NCBI GenBank assembly: GCA_964574525.1 | Contig: CAZNOE010000002.1 | Span: 1-53,269, forward strand | Direction of reading: 5' to 3' | Length of the DNA stretch: 53,269 nt | Origin: an uncultured Bifidobacteriaceae bacterium | GTDB taxonomy: Bacteria > Verrucomicrobiota > Verrucomicrobiia > Limisphaerales > JADLHS01 | Shown here: positions 37,180 through 44,739 of the stretch, in pieces | How positions within the stretch are numbered: the stretch's first letter is position 1 | Layout: each line of letters begins with the position of its first letter | Notes under the pieces: generated by a model | What the model was told of the DNA's origin: nothing | The model's input: the letters and a program-made list of their open reading frames with translations, nothing else | The model's database searches: none | Position numbers and translations under genes: made by a program

Positions 37180-39480
37180 TCATGGTGATTTCGCCGGGCG
37201 ATTCGTGCTGGTGATTTCCGCTGGAATGTCCGTGTCCACCTGGGCTTGGATGCCCGCGATGTCCACGGCCGTCAGTCCCATGCGCGTGAGCACTTGCTTG
37301 ACGTATTGCGAGGACCATTGCACGGCGTATTGCTTCCAAAAATTCGAGGCCGCAATGAGATGTTTCCGTGCCTGGGCATGATGGGTGGCTTCACCGCCGG
37401 TTTCATATCGGTAGAGCGCCACCGCACCGCGAATTTTTGCCGCGTAATAATTTCCGAGCGCCGCCATCGCCTTGATGTCGCCCAACGTCTGGCGCAGTTC
37501 CTTGTTTGTTCCCGCGTCGAGTCCGGCGATGCTGCCTAGTCCGCGCTCGGCGAACTGTTGCAGTTGATCCGCCACCTGTTCGGGAGTCATGGGCCCGTCA
37601 GGTTTCGCGCCGTCCACAAAATCCTTCACCGACATCAGCAACGGTCGGTCGCCGTCAGCGCCTGCTGGCATCGGACGCCAGCGGGGCTTGATGAAATTCT
37701 GCACGCTCTCAAATCCCGCGCTGCTCCAGCAGGCCTCGGGATACCATTGGAAATCGAGCGCGCCCCAGTAGAACCGCGTGACCAGCGGAATGATTTTGGA
37801 AACCGACGCCCAACCGGAAAAAAGTTTCTCCGCAGAAACCGTGGGGAAACGTTCGCCTATAATCGCCTCAAAGCGGCTGTTGGGAATCGTCGGATCGTAG
37901 GCGAGCCGCCCATAGAGCAGGAAGTAATACCACATCTTCTCGATGACCAGTTGCCGCGGCGCATCCGGCTCGGTGCTCAAGTATTCGCGCCCCCAGGTGT
38001 AGCCGTCCGGGCCGATATAGATGCCCGCGATTTTCGACAGGTCCGGCAGGTTGGCGAGATAAGCCCGCGCAAAATCGGGATCGCCCCAGCGCAGGTAATA
38101 CATGTCGTCGTTCCGCACGGTGAGGAGGATTTTGCTCCCGGCGGGGATGTTCTGGAACCAGTCCCTGCGGTGGATGAACAGCGGCTTGGTGGAAGAATGC
38201 ATGTGTGCCTGGGAATACTTGAAACTGAACAACAGGCTCGATTCTGCATTCGTGCGCCCGGGCAACGCCGAGAAAACATCAATGATCTGCTTGAGATCCG
38301 CCTCATGCGCGCGATGGATGAGGGTGATCTTGCGGTCCGGCACGTTGAAGGGGCTGGCGGGATTTTTCGCGTCAGCCATCGCATCGGAAACGCCCAGTCC
38401 GTAGGTGTCCCACGCCCATTGTTCTTTCTGTTCGTCGTTGCTGCCCCCCATGTTCTCACCGGTGGTCAGCCCCACGCCCGCCAGCAATGGATAGGTGTTG
38501 CACAGGGCGCGGACGGATTTCCGGAAATAATCCCTCGTGATCGCGTTGGTGGGCGAGTCCGTGATGCCGTAACCGCTGGACTCCGTGCCATACACAAAAA
38601 TGTTCCACGTCATGACGTAACATTCGATGCCGCGATCCTTGGCGTATTGCATGACCCAGCGCCAGAAAGCGATCTTTTCCTCGATGGTCATCTTTTTTAG
38701 GGTCGTCAGTTCCCAGGAGGGATCATACATTTTCATGCCCCTGAGGGTGGCATCCCACATCGGCCCGGCTCTCCGCTTCACATCCGCGAGCGCCACGTTG
38801 GGATACTCCGGCACGCGCACCATCGAGGGGAACGGATGCAGGCTCCAAAGCGAAAGCAGATTGTAGCGATGCCGCGCCATCTCATCCAACATCCCGGCCC
38901 AGAAGTTGGTTTCCCACATATTGGCAATGTTGGCCTGCGCGGAGTCTGAATCATCCGAGTAACTCGGTGTGCGCGCGTCCAGCGGGATGTTGAACTTAAT
39001 GCCGCGTTTCTCCAGATACGGATTGGTCTGGCGGTTCGTCACGCTGCCCAGGCCATTGGCCAGTTGCAGGGATTCGGCGAGTTCCAACCCGCCATACATT
39101 GCGCCTGCCGCGTCATTGCCAATGACCCACCAGTTCGTCGCCGCGCCGCTGGCGACGAACTGGATGGCGTAGCCCTCGCGCAAAATTCCCTTCGTCGAGG
39201 GTTGACCGGGCAGCTTGGCGTCCTCGGTGGTGAGGATGATACGGACGGTTTGCTTCGCCTGCGCCGGATCGCCGGGCGGCAACACCGTCACCGTATAACC
39301 GTTTGCCGTCAGCGCCGTCTTCACATCGCTTGCGCCAAAGGCAATCGGACCGACCTTCGCATCATACATCAGGGCAGCGGGCGTTTGCGCGCGGGCCAGA
39401 GTGACAGCCACCACGGCAGCAAACAGGACTGCTGCCAATCCTGCGCTGAATGATTTAATGCGTTTTGACTTTCTGATCAT
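37180..39480 (-). CDS. Secreted glycosidase-like family protein, paralog 8 (closest to 11111..14179 but lacking its C-terminal extension)
   Basis: 766-aa ORF with signal ...AAVLFAAVVAVTLARA. Motifs GNDAAGAMYGGLELAESL, KRGIKFNIPLDARTPSYSDDSDSAQANIANMWETNFW, RNDDMYYLRWGDPDFARAY, etc. Confidence 0.9.
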   Translation of the reverse strand: MIRKSKRIKSFSAGLAAVLFAAVVAVTLARAQTPAALMYDAKVGPIAFGASDVKTALTANGYTVTVLPPGDPAQAKQTVRIILTTEDAKLPGQPSTKGILREGYAIQFVASGAATNWWVIGNDAAGAMYGGLELAESLQLANGLGSVTNRQTNPYLEKRGIKFNIPLDARTPSYSDDSDSAQANIANMWETNFWAGMLDEMARHRYNLLSLWSLHPFPSMVRVPEYPNVALADVKRRAGPMWDATLRGMKMYDPSWELTTLKKMTIEEKIAFWRWVMQYAKDRGIECYVMTWNIFVYGTESSGYGITDSPTNAITRDYFRKSVRALCNTYPLLAGVGLTTGENMGGSNDEQKEQWAWDTYGLGVSDAMADAKNPASPFNVPDRKITLIHRAHEADLKQIIDVFSALPGRTNAESSLLFSFKYSQAHMHSSTKPLFIHRRDWFQNIPAGSKILLTVRNDDMYYLRWGDPDFARAYLANLPDLSKIAGIYIGPDGYTWGREYLSTEPDAPRQLVIEKMWYYFLLYGRLAYDPTIPNSRFEAIIGERFPTVSAEKLFSGWASVSKIIPLVTRFYWGALDFQWYPEACWSSAGFESVQNFIKPRWRPMPAGADGDRPLLMSVKDFVDGAKPDGPMTPEQVADQLQQFAERGLGSIAGLDAGTNKELRQTLGDIKAMAALGNYYAAKIRGAVALYRYETGGEATHHAQARKHLIAASNFWKQYAVQWSSQYVKQVLTRMGLTAVDIAGIQAQVDTDIPAEITSTNRPAKSP

Positions 39481-39482
39481 AT

Positions 39483-40814
39483 TTATTGAGCCGTAGAAAT
39501 GGTTACTTTGTGAGCAAGCGAATTATACCCTGTGGCGTCTTCCCAAACATCTTTGTTCGCCAAGCGAATCGAATACTCCGGTCGGTTACGGAGGCTGGTT
39601 GCCGGATCAGGGAGGTTCAAATAAACGGCATACACTCCTTCAGGGGTGGAAGCCGGGATAAGCGCCGCCACTTCCACGGCAACGGATGAATCGGTCATGC
39701 ACCAGCGCCGAGGGTCATTGGTGAGCTTGACGATGATTTCGTTTTTGGTCGCAGTATTCCGGAAAACCAGTTCGCAGTCGCGTTTGTTGTAAATTTTACC
39801 CCAGCCCACATTCATGAGGTTGATGGTTCCGGAGAATTTACTTCCGGCTTTGACGGCATCCGGCAGTTGGGCGCTGGTCATCGTTATCCGGTAGCCGAGG
39901 CCCTTCGCGATCGTGTCGTAGCACCCCGCGTTTCTCCACCCTTGGATCACACCTTTATGAAAGGTGCTGTTAATGGTATCCCAGTGCATTCGCTTCAGGT
40001 CGGCCATGGCCTTTTCACACTCCGAATAGGAGGATACGCCACAAGATTCGCCGCCTTGGGGAACATACCGGTTATCCTGACTCAAATAGGTCTTCTGCCA
40101 CTCGATCGATTGCGCGCCCTGATACGTTCCTCGGTCGCCCACGTCATAGCCGATACAGTCATTATGGCTGCCGGTGCGGGCTTGATAGGATTCATTGAAG
40201 GCCGAATCCGGCCCGAGCGGAACATCACCGAAAATATCGCGCTTATGAAAGTTGTATCTCATTGCCACCATGCGACCAGGCACGGCATCGAGAAGTTTGA
40301 ACAGAACCGCTTTGCGGCTCTCCGTGTTACTGATGCTGTTTGTCTCTTTGCAACTCCAGAAGTGCCATTCACCCCACCGGCCGATCAAGCCGGCTTCGAT
40401 GAACGCAATAATGTCCGAATTCGTTCGCAGAACCGGAGTGAGCTGTTCGATGTGCTTGAGAATCCGCTCCAGCGGCGGAGTTTTGCATGCGCCGAAATTG
40501 TAAGCAAAACGCGGAATCAGTTTTGCACCTTCCCGGCGTAAGACCGCAGCATCGCTATTGATTCCGTCAAAAACCGACTGGGGAAGCACATCGGTGTCGC
40601 AATACGGCTCCAGGATGTAGTACTTGCGAGCCAGCGTTATCCCCTCCTTTCGCGCGGCCCGCAAGGCCTCGGCGGAAACGCTGGTGATGTAAAATCCCCT
40701 TTCCGGATTGGGAAAATTCGAGGAATCCTCCTGATAGGTGAGCGTGGCAGCACTTGCGATGGCGGTTGTCGCGAGCAGTATGCACAAGCCGACCGAGAAT
40801 TCATTGAATCGCAT
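39483..40814 (-). CDS. DUF4874/DUF4832-type protein (glycosidase-like TIM barrel + beta-sandwich), secreted
   Basis: ORF trimmed to ATG 40814 (MRFNEFSVGLCILLATTAIASA signal). NPERGFY near the N-terminus, GRWGEWHFW, LGYRI; assigned from memory of these DUFs. Confidence 0.6.
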   Translation of the reverse strand: MRFNEFSVGLCILLATTAIASAATLTYQEDSSNFPNPERGFYITSVSAEALRAARKEGITLARKYYILEPYCDTDVLPQSVFDGINSDAAVLRREGAKLIPRFAYNFGACKTPPLERILKHIEQLTPVLRTNSDIIAFIEAGLIGRWGEWHFWSCKETNSISNTESRKAVLFKLLDAVPGRMVAMRYNFHKRDIFGDVPLGPDSAFNESYQARTGSHNDCIGYDVGDRGTYQGAQSIEWQKTYLSQDNRYVPQGGESCGVSSYSECEKAMADLKRMHWDTINSTFHKGVIQGWRNAGCYDTIAKGLGYRITMTSAQLPDAVKAGSKFSGTINLMNVGWGKIYNKRDCELVFRNTATKNEIIVKLTNDPRRWCMTDSSVAVEVAALIPASTPEGVYAVYLNLPDPATSLRNRPEYSIRLANKDVWEDATGYNSLAHKVTISTAQ

Positions 40815-40840
40815 GAACACTCCCTGGTTTGTCAAAGGGT

Positions 40841-41932
40841 TCACGCGCCCAGATCCCAGCGCCGGAAATAGAGTCCCTGGCGGACAATGGGCAGGGTGCG
40901 TTCCTCCAAAGCCTGCATCTGCTCCCGGCTCAAGGGGACAAAGTTCGCCGCGAATTTCACGTCTTCTTCGAGCTGCGCGACGTTGTCCACGCCCACGATG
41001 TTGGTGCTGACCGGCAGGGAAGAATTGTAGGCGAACGACTCGGCCATGGTGATCGTGCCGGGCTTGGTCGTGCGCATGCGCTCCGGCTGCTGCTCCAACG
41101 GATCGGGCTTCCAGGTGGAGAGCATGCGCCCGCGCGTGGCGACCTTCATGCCGATGATGCCCATCTGCTTTTCCAAGGCGGTCGGCAGCAGGTGGTCAAT
41201 GAAACTGAGGTAATGCCGGTCCGCCGCGTTCACCGCCATCAGGATGCAATCCAGTTCGGCGCGTTGAATCATTTCGCGCAGCACCTTCGGCTCGAAATGG
41301 CCGGTCACACCGATGAAGCGGACCAACCCCTCGGACTTGGCCTTCTGAAACGCCTTCAACGCACCATCGGGCGCAAGCAACCGGTCCACGTCCGCCATCT
41401 TCTGCAGATTGTGAATCTGCCAGAGATCAAGATGGTCGGTGTGCATTCGCTTGAAGCTGGTGTCCAGGTGCGCCATCGCGCCGTCGTAGTCGCGCTTCCC
41501 GGTCTTCGAGGCGAGAAACACCTCGCGCCGCCGGTCACGCACCACCAGGCCGACGTGCTCCTCGCTCGCGCCGTCGCCGTAGACGTTGCTGGTGTCGAAA
41601 TAGTTCACGCCCAGATCCAGCGCCCGGTTCATGATCTCAACCGACAACTTCTCATTCCCCTTGATCTCAATGGCGGCCTGGCAGCCGAGGCTGAAGATGC
41701 CCACGCGGAAACCGGTCTTGCCGAGATTGCGCATCGGCATGGCGGCGGCGGTGCGCGGATTGAAAGGCAAGGGGCGTTGGTTACCCGTCGGAGCGACCGC
41801 TGCGCCCGCCGGCTCCTGCGCGCTGGCGGTTGCGGCCCGGCTGGCGGCAATCGCCATCGAAGCGGCGAGCGTCGTGCCGAGAAATTCCCGGCGACTCCAG
41901 GTTTTGTTGGAAATGTCGTCTGGTGTTTTCAT
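40841..41932 (-). CDS. Aldo/keto reductase with Tat signal
   Basis: ORF trimmed to ATG 41932, giving MKTPDDISNKTWSRREFLGTTLAASMAIAASRA (RREFL Tat motif). AKR motifs LGKTGFRVGIFSLG, GVNYFDTSNVYGDGASEEHVG, LASKTG, FIGVTGH. Confidence 0.8.
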   Translation of the reverse strand: MKTPDDISNKTWSRREFLGTTLAASMAIAASRAATASAQEPAGAAVAPTGNQRPLPFNPRTAAAMPMRNLGKTGFRVGIFSLGCQAAIEIKGNEKLSVEIMNRALDLGVNYFDTSNVYGDGASEEHVGLVVRDRRREVFLASKTGKRDYDGAMAHLDTSFKRMHTDHLDLWQIHNLQKMADVDRLLAPDGALKAFQKAKSEGLVRFIGVTGHFEPKVLREMIQRAELDCILMAVNAADRHYLSFIDHLLPTALEKQMGIIGMKVATRGRMLSTWKPDPLEQQPERMRTTKPGTITMAESFAYNSSLPVSTNIVGVDNVAQLEEDVKFAANFVPLSREQMQALEERTLPIVRQGLYFRRWDLGA

Positions 41933-41985
41933 GGTGGTATTTTGATTTGGCTGGCCGTGGATTTGATTTATTTGGTAACCGAACT

Positions 41986-42777
41986 TCATGGCGGATTGGA
42001 ACGCGGGGCGGAAGGCTTTGACTCCGAAGCGCTTCCTTGATCCAGTTCGCGCACAAAAATGTCTTTGAACCGGATGCGCAGCTGATCCTTCATGTGCAAT
42101 TGCAGTGCGAAATGACCGGTGCGTCCGACGTTCTTTTCGCGGTGCGCCGCGTTGTCCAAGATGCCCGTGCCGTCCCAATCCGCACAGACCACGCCGTTGA
42201 CGACGGTTTTGATGTGCGTTCCCCGGGCGATGATTTTCAGGTCATTCCAGCCGTTGCCATCGTCCCAAAACTTGAACACATGGCCGGCGGGCTTGAACTC
42301 AGCGTCAATCTTCGAGTCCGGCAGGCTCGGCGAAACCCAGCGCTGCTCGCCGCGTGTCTCATCGTAGATGAGGCCAGTGCGCCACGCCTGATTCGCGGGC
42401 GGATGGATGTCCACCTGCGGCCCATTCATCCAGCCGTTCTTGTCGTTGGTGTCGTAACGGCTACGAAACTGGATCCCGCTGTTGCCGGGCGAATTGGTGT
42501 GAGCCTGAAACTTCAACTTGAGTTCAAAATCGCCATACTCTTTTTCGCTGACGAGCCAGCAATAGTCGTGGTCCGGCCGACCAAGCGAATCGCACAGGAC
42601 CGTGCCAGCGTTAACCTGCCAGAAGTATTTGCTCTGATCCCCCGGTTGGCATTGGACGGTCCAGCCGGAAAGATCCTTCCCATTGAACAGGGAGATCCAT
42701 CCGCTTTCAGCGCCGACACAGGTGGCAACTGCGACCTTTGCCAGTGACAGCACGAATAGGACTCTGTTTATTTTCAT
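41986..42777 (-). CDS. DUF1080 domain protein, secreted
   Basis: Signal MKINRVLFVLSLAKVAVATCVGA. Motifs WISLFNGKDLSGWTV ... GHFALQLHMKDQLRIRFKDIFVREL. Confidence 0.75.
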   Translation of the reverse strand: MKINRVLFVLSLAKVAVATCVGAESGWISLFNGKDLSGWTVQCQPGDQSKYFWQVNAGTVLCDSLGRPDHDYCWLVSEKEYGDFELKLKFQAHTNSPGNSGIQFRSRYDTNDKNGWMNGPQVDIHPPANQAWRTGLIYDETRGEQRWVSPSLPDSKIDAEFKPAGHVFKFWDDGNGWNDLKIIARGTHIKTVVNGVVCADWDGTGILDNAAHREKNVGRTGHFALQLHMKDQLRIRFKDIFVRELDQGSASESKPSAPRSNPP

Positions 42778-42835
42778 TGTTCAACGATTCGGACATCCTC
42801 CGGCGGCTGATGATTTGGCAAATTCCAACAGACTT

Positions 42836-44704
42836 TCAGAGCACCAGAACCACCCAGTCCTGGTCGGCATCCGTGGGCGGTTGCCCCAAAGACACGACGC
42901 TGCCGCCTTTCACGGACTTCACCGAGCCGTCAGCGAGCTTGCCGCCGGTGCGCGGGTTGAACCACTGCACTTTGAAGTTGCCGCTCGCGCCGGTTAAATC
43001 GAGCTCGGTCGTCCCGCCGTCACGCAAGAAGACGAGGTACAGTTCACCGGACTTCGCGAAGCAGTACTTCGAGTTGTCGTTCTTCGGGTTGCCGACGAGG
43101 GCGTTGGCGTTCTTCATCTCCCAGAACGGAATCTGGTTCGCCGGGAAAAACTCCAGCGCAATACGGCAGTAATCCCAGCTCTTGTCGCGGCTGCGGTAAT
43201 CCTGACAGTCGAGATCGCTCTGCGGCAGTTTGTAACCGAAGTAATACTCCACTCCCCAGCCGCCGGCCAGCAGCGTGCCCCAGAGACAGCTCTTCCGGAC
43301 GTCGTGCATCGTGTACGGCTTTTCGGCTTGGATGCCTTCGCCGCTGTGACCTTGGTAGCCGGGGTCGGGCGGCACCCCCATGTCGGCGGGATTCTGCTCG
43401 TCGTTGGCGACGGCCCACGGCTTGCCGGCAGTGTCGGATTTGTTCAGCCACTCCAGCGTCTTCTGATGCGCGGCACTCCAACTGTACTGGATGGAAACGC
43501 CGGTGTATTTCGACTTCGGACCGAGGAGGTCGTCGAACGCCATTCCGTTGTGGATGACGACGTGGTGATGATACGGGTCGTTCTGGTAGAAATACTCCGC
43601 CATCGCCAACCGCTGAGGCGTGAGCTGTGGCGGGGTCGGCGGCTTCTCCTGCCACGGGCCGATCTCCTCGCCCATGTTCCAGTTCAAAGCAAGGTGATGG
43701 CCGAACCGCGCGATCAACTCGCGGTAGTACAGCTTCCGCTGCGGGCCGGTTTCGCCGCCGTCGAGCAGTCCCTGATTCTCCGCCTCCTGCGTTTTGAAGT
43801 GCAGGAACAATCCGAGCTTCTGCGCGTGCGCCAGCACGATCTCCCACTGCTCCAGGCGCGAGACGTCCAGATGCGCGTAATCGGTGTAGGACACGTAGGG
43901 GAACACGTTCTGATCGTCGCCAATAATGTTCATGGTGAGAAACGACACGGCGTTCGCGCCCTTGCCCGCGAGGTAATTCACCGCGCCGACGATGCCCTTG
44001 CCCTTGCCGTTCTGCCACGTCGGGTCACCCGGTTTCCAATCCTGCACGTGCGGTTTCCAATCTTTCACGAGATTGTCCTTGTGACCGTCCTTGGCGAAAT
44101 CACCGTCGAAGTCTCGGTAGGCGAGGAAATTCTCCGGGGCGTCCGCACCGGCCTTGAGGAAATACTCTTTCGTGCCGGCGAATTGCAGGTAATGCCCGCC
44201 CACGTAGGTCAACCGGCCCTTCGCGCGAAAGTCGCGCCCAGTCTTGTCGGTGGGCGTGATGTTGAAGCTGCCACTGACGGTGTCACAGCCGGCGACGGCT
44301 GTGCCCTTCGTGCTCTCGTCCACCGCCACGTTCTTGCCCTTGATGAACGACACCTTGTAAGTCCACTTGCCCGTCCTGTCGGGCGAGAGATGCGCACGCC
44401 ACTTGTTGCCGGACGCGGCTGAAGTTTCGGCCGCGTTGCCATCGGCGGCGAAGTAGCCCGGCACTTTGTAGCTGGGCGAACCGGATTCGTGGGTGAAGGT
44501 CACGTCCATCCGGTAATCGGTGAACGGATTTGACTCGTTGTCCGTCTCGGTTGCCTGCGGGCCCTCGAGCGTCAGGGTGACCTTGTGCCACTGTTTGAGT
44601 TCGCCCGAGATGGCCGGCGCGGCAGCACGGACGGCAAGGCTACCGAGCAGCGAACTGGCAAGAAGGAGGCGTAGGAACGTGAGTGAGGCGTGTGTTGTCT
44701 TCAT
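42836..44704 (-). CDS. DUF5060-domain protein with GH5-like (clan GH-A-like) catalytic-type domain, secreted
   Basis: ORF trimmed to ATG 44704 (MKTTHASLTFLRLLLASSLLGSLAVRA signal). ISGELKQWHKVTLTLEGP...NPFTDYRMDVTFTHESGSPSYKVPGYFAADG matches my recollection of DUF5060. LALNWNMGEE resembles a clan GH-A beta-4 motif. Confidence 0.65.
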   Translation of the reverse strand: MKTTHASLTFLRLLLASSLLGSLAVRAAAPAISGELKQWHKVTLTLEGPQATETDNESNPFTDYRMDVTFTHESGSPSYKVPGYFAADGNAAETSAASGNKWRAHLSPDRTGKWTYKVSFIKGKNVAVDESTKGTAVAGCDTVSGSFNITPTDKTGRDFRAKGRLTYVGGHYLQFAGTKEYFLKAGADAPENFLAYRDFDGDFAKDGHKDNLVKDWKPHVQDWKPGDPTWQNGKGKGIVGAVNYLAGKGANAVSFLTMNIIGDDQNVFPYVSYTDYAHLDVSRLEQWEIVLAHAQKLGLFLHFKTQEAENQGLLDGGETGPQRKLYYRELIARFGHHLALNWNMGEEIGPWQEKPPTPPQLTPQRLAMAEYFYQNDPYHHHVVIHNGMAFDDLLGPKSKYTGVSIQYSWSAAHQKTLEWLNKSDTAGKPWAVANDEQNPADMGVPPDPGYQGHSGEGIQAEKPYTMHDVRKSCLWGTLLAGGWGVEYYFGYKLPQSDLDCQDYRSRDKSWDYCRIALEFFPANQIPFWEMKNANALVGNPKNDNSKYCFAKSGELYLVFLRDGGTTELDLTGASGNFKVQWFNPRTGGKLADGSVKSVKGGSVVSLGQPPTDADQDWVVLVL

Positions 44705-44739
44705 GTTCAATGAGGTTTTGCGGGCCTTGACGAAGGCGA

